Shown: positions 13,691 to 25,639 of the stretch, in pieces | Position numbering within the stretch: the stretch's first letter is position 1 | How the letters are laid out: every line of letters begins with the position of its first letter | Assembly (NCBI GenBank): GCA_024679065.1 | Contig: JAGIQG010000032.1 | Location: forward strand, 14,074,001-14,138,000 | DNA: 64,000 nucleotides | Source: Sphyrna mokarran | Taxonomy: Eukaryota | Direction: 5' to 3' | Program-made: the position numbers and the translations under genes | The notes under the pieces: generated by a model | The model's database searches: none | Seen by the model: only the letters and a program-made list of their open reading frames with translations | What the model was told of the DNA's origin: nothing

Positions 13691-14222
13691 GTCAAATATC
13701 TGTTAATAAAAACTACTTCTGTTCAAGAAAGATGATGAACCTTTTTCAATTATGAACATTCTTAATTTGATGTTTAAGTTTGGTATACACTGCATAACCA
13801 AGAGGTGGTAATGGTCAAAAAAACTGGGAAAAGAATGGAAATCTTTGAGAAACAATCCTACTGACAGAGACTACAACATTCAACAGAGCTTGAAAAGATG
13901 GAATATTCAGAGTCATTTAAGCAGCACAGAGAGAGGCTAGATCTTCAGTTTTAGAGTTCAGTAGCAACAAAAGCCTTAAGGGCATAGTATGAGTATGCAA
14001 TGTCAATATTTATTCTCTTCATTGTTAGAGATATGACAATCAATTCTGTACAATATGGCAATTGGAGCACATAAGGGTTCTTCTGGTCTGGAATCAGGTC
14101 TCTCCACATTTATAAATCTTAAAACTTGGTTTTTTTTATCTGTAGAATTCATTCATCAACATAATCTCAAGCTCTTCAGTAATCTACTACAAACTTTTGT
14201 GCTCTGGTCAAAGGTGACGTAA

Positions 14223-14886
14223 TGTTAGGAACCTTGAGCCAGTATCCCAATTTATATTAGGAAGCCAGACTAGGCCCCAACATTTTTAATTTTGGCATAA
14301 ATGTGAGGATAGAATGTTTCACTCCAGGAATAATTCCACTGATAAATTAGGGAACTTTTATAGTGAAAATAAACTGTATTTAATAACACACTAAGTTTAA
14401 CTCTTTAAAAAAATGAAGCAGTTTAACTCTGAACAGTTGAACAGTAATTAATAAATGAAAGGAAACAAATTTATTTTCTAACTTACCACTGTTTCAGTTC
14501 CAAATAAGCAGCATTCTCTTAAATTTAAAATTTCACTATAAACACAGTTAACAATTATAAATATACTTGTTTTAAGGGGTGTAGTCAATCTTGAAGCTTT
14601 CAGAGAGAGATTGAGTTTCAGAGCAGCTTGCAGACTCCTGTCTTTAAACAAACTCCAGCAAGTGAAAAGCTGTTTCTCTACTACCAACTTACTTCCTCTC
14701 ATTATCACATGATCCATTCATTCAATCAACTTAATCAAATACCCCAAGAGAAATCTTTACGTACAAACAAAAATCCATTAAGCTCTCTCCTAAGTAAACA
14801 CTACGTAGCTAAAATGAGTAACTATCCTGCTCTCTCAGCATCTGAACTGCCTTCCCCTCCAGACATACCAGCTGCCTGTTGTGACG
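14223..14886 (-). mobile_element. Solo LTR-like element (Gypsy-type)
   Basis: Ends ...CCTAACA on the minus strand. Its terminal ~170 bp is homologous to the 3' end of the element at 14930-15733. Internal CT-rich tract. Confidence 0.5.
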
Positions 14887-14929
14887 CTAGTGTACTTCAA
14901 GATATTTTTAAAATCATGTTCTTTGCAGT

Positions 14930-15733
14930 TGTAAGCAGGCCTATTGGTTTCCTTGTTGCCAAGCTATTTGCTAGAAGTCCTTCAATAGCTTAAATTGAGT
15001 TGTTTATTTTTACTCTGGACCTCAAGTAGTTTCTGGGATTTTACGAATTTTTAAAGATTGTTAGGGAAGATTGATTGACAAGTTAAAATCAGGTGGTTTC
15101 TCCCCAGAAAAATCCAAGGACTCATTTTAAGTTTTCGTGTAGAGTCAGAAGCTGTCCTGGTTGTCAAGTGGCAGGCAGGTTTTTTTCTCTCTCTCTCTGG
15201 TCTTGTAAATTCTGCTGGCTAGCTAAAAGCAGGTCTCCTGGCCTTCCTGGAGTGAAAATTCTGTTGGTGGCTTTGCTAGCTACTATCTAAAGTCTCTTGC
15301 TCTCTCTCTTTCCCTCTTTCTGCTGTTTTGGGAAGCTGTTGTGTGTGTGCGTGCATCAAGAGAGCTGCAGTATCCAACCAAAGGACTAATTTCTAGCATC
15401 AAGTGAACATTAGTATTTTCTGTGCTAAACCTGTAGCACAAGTTTTGTTTACAGGATTTGTTTGGTTGGAATGGTTTCTAGTTGTTAAGATTTATACAAT
15501 ATCATGTTTTTTTCCTTGTTTGTAATTGGTAACAATTATTGCTAATTTTTTTTCTACATATGTTAACTATATTTTTAGCTAAACTTTGTTTGATAAAAGC
15601 TCCCTAGTAGATCAGTTGAATCATACCTGAAATGAAGCATCTCATGCTCACCCTAGCCAAATTCAAATTGTAAAACTTATGATTCAGGCGAACTTCATAA
15701 AACACTTAGGACTTTCTAACCTGAATTATAACA
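14930..15733 (+). mobile_element. Solo LTR-like element (Gypsy-type)
   Basis: Begins TGTAAG and ends TATAACA, with (CT)n and (GT)n internal tracts. The U5-like end ATAAAAGCTCCCTAG...GAATCATACCTGAAATGAAGCATCTCATGCTCAC is related to the preceding element. Confidence 0.55.
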
Positions 15734-16304
15734 CTATATTATTATATATTTATAACAATAGCACACACTATCATAATAGTTGAAGGTGACCCTTAACATT
15801 AACTAATGAACCAGAGTTATTCATACACGTATTGAATTATAGGTCCATGGTGATAGCCCTAAACAATTCAATACATCCTCCTACAGTTTCAGCAATCTGG
15901 CAGGTACTAAATTATGATAAATCTGATTTTGTCATAATTACTCTCAGCTATACACTGATGGCATTTCTTTTTAAAAAACTTACACATCTGCTGCATTCTT
16001 CAGAAGCAATCTCAAGTGACTAAAGCTAGGAGGGCAAAATAGTGATAAGTAGGAAGGAACAAAAGGAAGCATACAGAGGCCTGGGGGGTAGGCATGGTCA
16101 ATTTGAAATTCAGCAAAGAAGGTAACAGTTAAATGAGCGTTCATCAATTGCAGAGTGGAAGACAAGGGCAAGGATCAAAAAGATGCACTGAGATGCAAGA
16201 GGAAATCATTATACAAGACCAAGCCTTGAAAGAATTTAAAAGCAAGCACAAGAATCACCAAGTCAAACTGCTGGAGCAGAAGCAGTCAGGGGATCTCAGA
16301 AAGG

Positions 16305-17530
16305 ATTTTATTATTCATTCATGGGATGTGGGTGTCGCTGGCAAAGCCAGCATTTATTGTCCATTCAAATTGCCCTTTTGGAGGTGGTCCTGAACTGCCT
16401 TCTTGAACTGCTGCAATCCATGTGGGGTAGGTACACTTACAACTTTATTAGAGAGGAAGTTCCAGGGTTTTGGCTCAGTAACCATGAACAAAGGCAATAT
16501 TGTTCCAATTCAGGATGGTGAATGCCACCTGGAAGTTTTCCTTCAAGCCAATGTTCCCATGTGTCTACTGTCCTTGTCATTTAGACAGTAATAGTTGTGG
16601 GTTTGGGAGGCACTAGTTAAGAAGTCTTGATGTGTTCCTGCAATGCATCTTGTAGATGATTCTGACTATTGTGGGTTGAGGGAATGAATGTTTGTGGAAA
16701 GGGTGCCAATCAAGCAGGTTGCTTTGTTCTGGATGGTGTCAAACTTTTTAAGTGTTGTTGGAGTTGCACTCATCCAGGCAAAAGCAAAAGACATTCTGGT
16801 CCCCCATTCCTGACTGTAATCGAGCGAGCGTGCCTTGTAGATGGAGGAGTGAGGTGGTGAGTTACTCCCCAGAGGATTGTGAACCACTGATTTGCTCCAA
16901 TGCCGTAATGAAGTTTGGAGCTGAATGACTCTGGCACAATCCAAACTGAATGTCAGTGAGTAGATTATTGGTAAGCAAGTGCCACTTGACAGCACCGTTG
17001 ATGACGCCTTCAATCATTTTATTGATGCTCAAGAGTAGATTGATCGAATGGCAATGCCAGGTTGAATTTGTCCAGTGTAATTTTCACTTTGTCTGGAAGA
17101 TACCAGTATTGTAGCTTTACTGGAACAGCTTGGCCAACAGCAAGTTCTGGAGCACAAGTCTTCAGTATTATTCCTGGAACACTGCCAGGCCCACTGCCTT
17201 TGCAGTATCCAGTAACTTCAGCTGTTTCTTAAAGTCACATGGAGTGAATTGAATTCACTGAAGACTGGCATCAGTCACGTTGGGGATATCCGGAGGATAT
17301 GCACAAAAGACAGACATCCACTCAGCACTTCCGGCTGAAGGCTGATGCTAATATATTTTGCACTGATGTGCTGGGCTCCTCCATCATTCACACTGGGGAT
17401 ATTTGAGGAGCTCCTGGTTAACTGAGTTGCTTAATTGTCCAAGCAGTGGATTTGGCAGCACTATGGAGCTTAGATCTGATCCATCGTTTGTAGAATTGCT
17501 TAACCCCGTCTATCACTTACTGCCGTGGGG
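16305..17530 (-). mobile_element. CR1-group LINE of a second family (tail ...GCCAGCGACACCCACATCCCATGAATGAATAA), decayed with deletions
   Basis: Translated remnants IYKA...AWMSATPTTLKKFDTIQNKATCLIG. Same family as 20385-22450, 25230-25520 and ~10345-10580. Confidence 0.7.
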
Positions 17531-17749
17531 AGTGATGAATGTGTACTATTTGTACAAGTGAATACACGGTCGACAGCATTTTGAACAAGTTGAAACTCAT
17601 GGAGAACTGAGGTACAGGAATAAGTCAAGTCTTAGGATAATAAAGATATGGAAGAGTTCTCAGTGGCTCCTAGTTACTTAATAATTGTATTTTCTAGTGA
17701 AAAAGCTGCACAATAAAATGACATTAGTCAAGTGCAATTTTTTTTTTTT

Positions 17750-17962
17750 ACATAGAAGATGGTGGATGCCTGAAGCTCGCTACTGGTAAAAACAGATACA
17801 ATTGACTTTTAAGGGGCATCTTGACAAATACATGAAGGATGGGAAGACAGGGATATACTCCCCAGAAAGATAGGGGCTTTAGTTCAGTCAGGCAGCATGG
17901 TCGGTGCAGGCTTGGAGGGCCGAAGGACCTGTTCCAGTGTTGTAATTTTCTTTGTTCTTTGC
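17750..17962 (+). mobile_element. CR1 LINE 3' end fragment
   Basis: ...GGTCGGTGCAGGCTTGGAGGGCCGAAGGACCTGTTCCAGTGTTGTAATTTTCTTTGTTCTTTG tail. Confidence 0.75.
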
Positions 17963-18221
17963 TAATTGAGTGTGAAGCTTAAATAGATTAATCTGTACCT
18001 CAACAGTCTTCATCCTTTAGATGGAATTAAACTAAGTTCCAACAGAAATTTCTGGAATATTAAAGCGCACAATTCATCTCCTCTAATTGCCTGTAAATTT
18101 ATAACAAGTAATTTGGCCTCAATTTTGGCAATTTTCAATAATTAACTTTTAAAAATATTGCATTTTGGTATCCCAATCAGCTTTGTGGTTAAGGCACCAG
18201 AGGGTGTGGTGCTCAACCATA

Positions 18222-19962
18222 AAGAATGAAAGAACAAAGAACAAAGAACAAAACAGCACGGGAAACAGGCCCCTCAGCCCAACGAGCCCACGCCGCCACC
18301 CCGATGTTCCCACCTCTACCCGCGATCCCTGTCCATATTTATAGATCTATGGATTATAAACCAAATTTGAGATAATTTAGGGAGAATTTGTTTTGCCAAT
18401 TATCCTAAGAGCACATCTTTGGGATGTGGGAGGAAACCGGAGCACCCGGAGAAAACCCACGCAAGCACGGGGAGAATGCGCAAACTTCCACAGACACAGG
18501 CCCAAATCCATGTATCTGCACAGCACAGTGATAGTCACTGAGCTGTCGTGTTGCCCATCAAATGGTCCAGGTCAAGCATACACTAACTACGTGAAGCACT
18601 AGGATACTCTCAAAACAAAATCCAAGAGCAGTCCTCTCACGACCCATCGCGTGTGTGCCCCGCATTAGACAACAAGGTGGACCAAAGCGCCTGTAGGATA
18701 TAAAACAGGTACGTCAATATCATCATCTATTTACACACTTCCCAGGAACTCCCAAGGCTCATGATCCCTATTTTAAATCAGTTTTCTACACCCCTCCATT
18801 CCCATTCTGTTCATGTGTCCATCTAAGTATTTCTTAAATATCTCCAGAGTGCCTGCCTCCACACTTTACTTGGCAGCGCATTCCATACTCCCACCACCCT
18901 CTGTGTGAAAAAACTCCCTCTAGCATCCAAATTATACCTTACCCCCCTCACCCTAAACCCGTGACCCCTCGTGCTATTCGAGTCCATCCTAGGAAAAAGC
19001 TTAACCCTGTTTACTCTATCTATACCTCTCAATCTTGTACACCTCTATTAGATCTCCTCGAAGTCTACATCCTTCTAAGGAAAACAGCCCCAATTTGCCT
19101 AACCTCTCCTCGTAACTCAGACCTTCCATACCAGGCAGCATCCTGGTAAACCTCCTCTGCACTGTCTCCAGAGTCTCCACGTCCTTCCAGTAGTAGGGCA
19201 ACCGGAACTGGATGCAGTATTCCAAATGAGGTTTAACCAACGTTTTATACAACTGCAACATTAAAGGCCAGCTCTTGTACTCTATACCCCGTCCTGTAAA
19301 AGCTAACATACTATATGCTTTCTTCACAACCTTCTCCACTTGCTCTGCCACCTTCAGAGACTTGTTCACCTGCACTCCCAGGTCCCTCTGCGTTTCTATA
19401 CTCTTAATAGGTCTACTCTATCATATACCTCCCCACTACATTCTTTCTCCTGAAATGCATCACCTCACATTTATCAGAATTGAGTTCCATCTGCCATCTG
19501 TCTGCCCAAGCTACCAGCCTATCTACGTCCTGCTGCATTGCCTGACAATGCTCCTCACTATCCACAAGTCCAGCCATCTTTGTATTGTCTGCAAACTTGC
19601 TGATCACTCCACTTATTCCCTCTTCCAAGTCATTTATATATATTACAAATAGAAGAGGTCCCAGTACCGAGCCCTGCGGCACATCACTAGTGAGCGACCT
19701 CCAGCTAGAAAAACACCCTTTCACTATTACTCTCTGTCTCCTATTACCAAGCCAGTTACTTATCCATCTAGCTACCTGTCCTTGTATCCCATTAGCCTTG
19801 ACCTTCTCAACTAATAGTCCTGTGAGGGACTTTGTCAAACGCCTTACTAAAATCCATACAGACGACATCAACGGCTCGCCCTTCATCCACCATTTTCGTC
19901 ACCTCCTCAAAAAATTCTACCAGATTCGTAAGGCACGACCTTCCCTTAACAAATCCATGCTG
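18222..19962 (-). mobile_element. CR1 LINE (5'-truncated) with an extended composite 3' UTR
   Basis: ORF fragments 19807-19989, 19413-19886, 19016-19375 and 18823-19032 give CR1 RT ([40 protein letters not shown]). The ~570-bp 3' UTR ends in (TTCTTTG)n. Confidence 0.92.
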
Positions 19963-20384
19963 CGGGATCCAAGTTAAATCTCTGCTCACTCAGACAATTA
20001 GAAGCCTTGGCAGCAGCTGGGACTTCAGTACACGTGAGCTTGGGAGGAGAAAAAAGAACATTCAGGTCCCCCATTCCTGATTGCAATCCTGTGATTACTG
20101 CTTATGGCATCAAGGAAGAGCAGAATCGTGCTTGAAAAAGGATGCAGGGCAGCACTGGACACTTGTAACAGTAGTCATTTGATTGAAGAACCAGAGAACT
20201 ATAGATACTCATAGAATCAAACCTCAATCGGAATCAATGCCTTCAGAAAGTAAGGGGGAGAAATTACAGTGATAATACTCAATGCAACAATTCACCACAT
20301 ACACATAACATAGATAGTCAGTAATTTTTTTATTGTGCACAAACAGTAAACTATTACGATGGAACCTACCTTTTTTAATCTCAT

Positions 20385-22450
20385 TAATGCGATGTGGGTG
20401 TTGATGACTAGCATTTATAGCCATCCATAATTGCCCCTGAGAAGGGCACATGAAGGAACAGTGAAGGAATGGAGATATTGTTCCAAGTCAGGACAGTGAG
20501 TGACATGGAGGAAAATTCCAGGTAGCAGCATTCCCATATGTCTGCTGTCCTTGTTCTTTTAGAAGATAGCTGCCATGGATTTGTGGGGTGCTGCCTTAGG
20601 AGTCTTTGTGAATTCCTACTGTGCATCTTGCAGATGGTGCACACTGCTGCCACTGTTCATCAGTGATGATTGGATGGATGTTTGTGGAAGGGGTACCAAT
20701 CAAATAGGTGGCATTGAAAAGAATAGTGTCAAGCTTCTCAAGAGTTGTTGGAGCTGCATTCATCCAGGTAAATGGGGAGTATTCCATCACACACTCCTGA
20801 CGTGTGCCTTGTAGATAGTGGACAGGCTTTGAGGAGTCAAAGAACAAACAAAGAGCAACACAGCACGGGAAACAGGCCCTTCGGCCCAACGAGCCCGCGC
20901 CGCCATCCTAACATCTTAATGACATATCCTTGACTTTAGGCTATGCCTATTGTTGAAGATTCCCATATAGGGACCAATATAGGGACAATTTGATACCCAA
21001 TCAGCCTAACAGCACATTTTTGGGATGTGGGAGGAAACCGGAGCACCCGGAGGAAACCCACGCAACCACGGGGAGAACGCACAAACTCCCGCAGACACAA
21101 GCCCAAATCCATGTGTCAGCACAGCAACAGCGCTAGTCTCTGAGCTGTCATGTTGCCCATCAGATGGTCCAGTTTAAGCATACACTGACGACGTGAAGCA
21201 CTAGGCAACTCCTGAAGCAACCTCCAAGAGCAGTTCTCGCACGACATGCCACATGCATGCCCCTTGTTGGTCAACAAGGTGGACCGAATTGTCTGCGGAA
21301 ACAAATAAGACTTAATTAAACATGCTAAAAAAAAACTAAGACATTCCCGAGACAAAACTAAAAGATAGTCTACTACTATTTGGTCCTCCCGATATTCAAA
21401 CAAACAGTCTTGCTATATCCCTCTATCTGCAGACCGCTCATGTGGCTATCCAAGAGACCCTTAAACAACCCTAGTGTGCCTGCTTCCACCACCTTACTCG
21501 GTAGTGCATTCCACGCCCCCACTACCCTTTGTGTGAAAAACTGGCCTCTAATATTCGTCATGTACATAGCCCCCCTCACCCTGAGCCTGTGACCCCTCAT
21601 TCTATTCATTTCTAATGGTGGAAAAAGCTTACCACCATTTACTCTATCTATACCCCTCATAATCTTATATACCTCTAAAAGATCTCCTCTCAGCCGACGT
21701 CTTTCAAGGGAAAACAACCCCAGTGTTTTCAATCTTTCCTCGTAAGACAGCCTTTCCATACCAAGCAGCATCCTGGTAAATCTCCTCTGCAATCTCTCCA
21801 GGCCTCTACATCCTTCCTGTAGTACGGCGACCAGAACTGGACGCAGTACTCCAGATGAGGCCTAACCAACGTTCTATACACCTGCAACATCAGACTCCTA
21901 CTCTTGTATTCTATACCCCTTCCTATGAAGGCTAACATACCATACGCTTTTTTTTAAACCACATTCTCCACCTGTACTGACATCTTCAGAGACTTGTGAA
22001 CTTGCACCCCCAGGTCTCTCTGCATCTCTATACTCCGGATAGTTTTACCTTTTATCCTATAACTCCCCTCTACATTATTCCGGCCAAAATGCATCACCTC
22101 GCGTTTATCCGGATTAAATTCCATTTGCCAGTCTACCAGCCTATCAGTAGATATCAGTCTGTAGGTGAGTTAACAGATTCCTAGCCTCTGACCTGCTCTT
22201 TTTCCTTTTAGCTAGAGTATGTATATGGCTAGTCCAGTTCAGATTCTAGTCAATGGTAACTTTTTAGATGTTGATATGGGGGGACTAAGTCATGGAAATG
22301 CCACTGAATGTTAAGGGATGCTGGTTAGATTATCTCTGTTTGGAGATGGTAATTTTCTGGAACTTGTATGGCACAAATGTTACTTGCCACTCGTCAGCCC
22401 AATCCTGGATACTGTTCAGATCATACTGCATTTAGACATATTTAGACATG
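20385..22450 (-). mobile_element. Older CR1-group LINE split by the insertion at 20840-22143
   Basis: 20385-20839 (MEYSPFTWMNAAPTTLEKLDTI) continues colinearly at ~22156 (AGTC..AGGTGAGTTA...CTCTGACCTGCTCTT). Confidence 0.7.
20840..22143 (-). mobile_element. CR1 LINE (5'-truncated) with the same composite 3' UTR as 18222-19962
   Basis: ORFs 21729-21938 and 21376-21792 (LVRPHLEYCVQFWSP, RLRGDLLEVYKIMRG, FFTQRVVGAWNALP). The 3' UTR is homologous to 18222-18700. Confidence 0.92.
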
Positions 22451-23828
22451 CCTCCATAGCTGCCTAAAAATAACAAGCAAATGTTAAAAATCACCAACGG
22501 AAAACAAAGAAAACACAATGCAAGAAAAACTAATGTCATTTTACATCATATCATTCTATGAAATATCATGATACATTGAACAGCATCAGCATGTGTTTCA
22601 TAACCAGATGGTCATAAATTCAAGACCCAGGGCTGTCTGTCACATGAATCCACGGGCCACGTTTGTGATGAGTGTTGTCTGTTCTCTGCTGGGCCTCTAA
22701 CCTGAGTGCCTCAGGCAGGTGGAGAAGTCAACACTGCCTCATTATATGTACCTCTGTTCTACCCAATGATGAGAATACACTTTTTTGTAAAGAACGTTGG
22801 GTGCTTTTTTTTTTGCATTGCTGAGACAACATAGGAATGCTTTGCATTATTGCTCATTCTTCCAATTTCTTGGCTTACAGAAAAAAGAGTGTCTTTAAGA
22901 TCACCATGCTGAAAACAGTGGCCCTCTTTGGAGAGGTCTCTAAAGCAAAGTAACCACTGGGCTGGACTTACTGCAAAAAAAAAGGGCTGCTCTGCAGTTA
23001 CTAGAAAGCCCTTTTGTGTACATTTGGCTGTAAACAGGTTCAATTGCATTCTTTCCATTTTCTTCTGTTCCCTCAGCATTGGGAATGAAAAATTGGGAGT
23101 ATTTTTTTGTAATCTGAACTAATACCACATTGCAACAGCATTACTAATGTGCGCATCAACAACAGTATTACTAATGAGCCTTAAAAAAATGTGTGGCAGG
23201 GATTAACATCTTATAAACACGGACAAATCCCCACCCCCCCAGTGTTAAATGCATTATATAAGATAGACCATCCAATGAGCTTTACCATTTTATCTTCAAA
23301 ATACCAGCCAAACAAAGCTGACTCTGACTCACCTAAACTATGATTTTGCTCACCTTCAAGGTCTATTATAGCAATGAAATATTTATGAGACAGCTACAGC
23401 AGAAATGAATCGGTAATGATAAAAAAATTAAAACAAGGTTTGGCCGTACACCAACTTGACAAACAATGTGCTGTCTGGTGTCAGTTGTGAGGATGAGTCT
23501 ACATGATTAAAAGATATTTAATGAAGACATAGGGCAGTCTCTGGCAGATGAAATGCTCATACCGTGGACGCAGGTCACATCTCCCTCAACAGGCTGCACC
23601 ACAACCATTAGTAGCTGGATTGCTGACAGAGCTACTTTCAAATTCAAACGGCATTCTCAGAATGCAAAATGTGAATTAATGTTCACTGCTAATCTAATCA
23701 GAACACATAAGAGGCATATTCTAACTAAAATGTATTATTGCTTTTGTAATGAAAATAGTCGTCACTACTAGTTATATAACTTCCCTTGCATTGGCTAAAC
23801 TTGATGGAAAACATTGCCAAATTTCAAG

Positions 23829-24140
23829 CGGCAGAGTGACGCAGTGGTTAGTACTGCTGCCTCACAGCGCTAAGGACCCAGGTTCAATTCTAGCCTCAGG
23901 TCACTGTCCATGTTGAGTGTGCACATTCTCCCCGTATCTGCATGAGTTTCCTCTGGTTTCCTCCCACTGTTCAAAGATGTATGGGTTAGGTTAACTGGCT
24001 ATGCTAAATTAATTCTACTGTCAGGGAGATTAGTACAGCAAATGAGGGTTACGGGAATAGGGCCTGGGTGGGATTGAGGTCAGTGCAGACTCGATGGGCT
24101 GAATGGTCTCTTTCTGTATTGAAGGAATTCTATGTTTCTA
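23829..24140 (+). mobile_element. HE1-like V-SINE, full length
   Basis: GGCAGAGTGACGCAGTGGTTAGTACTGCTGCCTCACAGCGC...GGTTCAATTC...GACTCGATGGGCTGAATGG...TTCTATG. Confidence 0.88.
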
Positions 24141-24299
24141 TATTAATCAAACCCATCACAGACAGGACAGAATTTGTCCGTCTCTCATACTCTGAATATT
24201 TTCACAATTAATACAACAGTCAGAAAGGTAGTTTGGTGATTCTTGAAAGGGATAACAAAATACGATATCATGGTATGGTGTGGTACAGTATTACCGAAC

Positions 24300-25215
24300 A
24301 CATTCGCTGGAGTTCAGGATCAGTCATGTTCTTATTGAATGGTGATGTAGAATTAAGGGGCCAAATGGCCTAATACAGTTCCAAATTCTTATGTTCTTAC
24401 AAAACAATAGACCTTATTGGTAGCAGAACTTGTTTGTTTGAGATATACTTCAATTTCAGCAAGGTGCCATGCAAGCGATAACTTTGCAACATAGCTTGAT
24501 GTGGACAAGGAAGTAAACCGAGATGAATGAGAAAGTAACAAAACCAGAGAAATCAACGATTAGTTGTCAATAGCATTCTTGTTATGGCGTGGAGTCACTA
24601 ACAAGGGGCCAATAATGATCTATGTTGGAGTCACTGCTGTATACACAATGAATTGGATCTGGCCACAGGAACAACTTTAAACTTGTAGATGATGCCAATT
24701 TAGGAGTGGGGGTTTCAAACAACAGGGAAGAGAAAAAGCAAATACAAAAGGTTCCCAAGAATTTTGGAAAATGAGGGTATTAATGGTAAATAGCTTTTGT
24801 TGAAAGAAAATGCAAGTCATCAGACAATAGCAGGGAAATAAGTGTAGAAATATGAATTAAGTGCTCTTGCTTTGAGAAGACGACACAAAAGGATCCAAAG
24901 ACGACACAAAGGAACCAACAGGACAGTGTGTGTAAGCAGTGTGGAAAACAAATCAATTTTGCTAAGTATAGCCAGAGGAATAAAACACAAAAAGCATGAG
25001 TTAAGTATTTGTACAATGTAATGGGACAAACATACCTGGAGCACTGTGGATAATTCTGATTGACATACAACAAGGATATCCAGGAATTCAAGTCAAGGCG
25101 TATAAAGGCCAGACAGACTATACACAACGGCAGTTATCTGATTTTAAAACATCTGAATTAAGAACAAAGGAACTGTTTATTCTGAGCCAAATAAGGCTCA
25201 GAAGAGATTTTCCTA
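24300..25215 (+). mobile_element. Highly decayed CR1 fragments
   Basis: CR1 tail at 24340-24400. Degenerate RT and C-terminal motifs (TTCAGCAAGGTGCCAT, GTAGATGATGCCAA, CCTGGAGCACTGTG). Confidence 0.5.
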
Positions 25216-25639
25216 AAAATTCATTTAGGGGCATCAGTGGCTAGGCCAGCATTTATTATCCATCCATAGTTGCCCTCGCAAAGGTAGCGGTAAGGGGCCT
25301 TTTTGAATTGCTGCAATCTCTGGTGTAGATGAAATCACAGTGCTGTTAGGGAGAGAATTCCAGGATTTTGATCCAGGGAATAGCAAAGGCAGGATGGTGA
25401 GATTTGAAGGAGAATCTCCAGGTGGTGGGGTTTCTACTACCTCTGTCCTTCCTGACAGTGTGATTGTGGATTTGGAAGGTGCTACCTAAGGAACCTTGGT
25501 GATACATGACTCAAAGGTATACAACTGTTCAGAATTCTTAAGAGATCAACCATTGTAATATGGTGGTTACACAATACCTCAAAAGCTAGAATCTGGTGAC
25601 ACAACGGACTGTTTAGATTTAACAGAAAAGGGCAGCAAA

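Noticed and set aside
23829-23900. tRNA gene
   Set aside because: This is a tRNA-derived SINE head continuing into V-domain and LINE tail; no complete cloverleaf.
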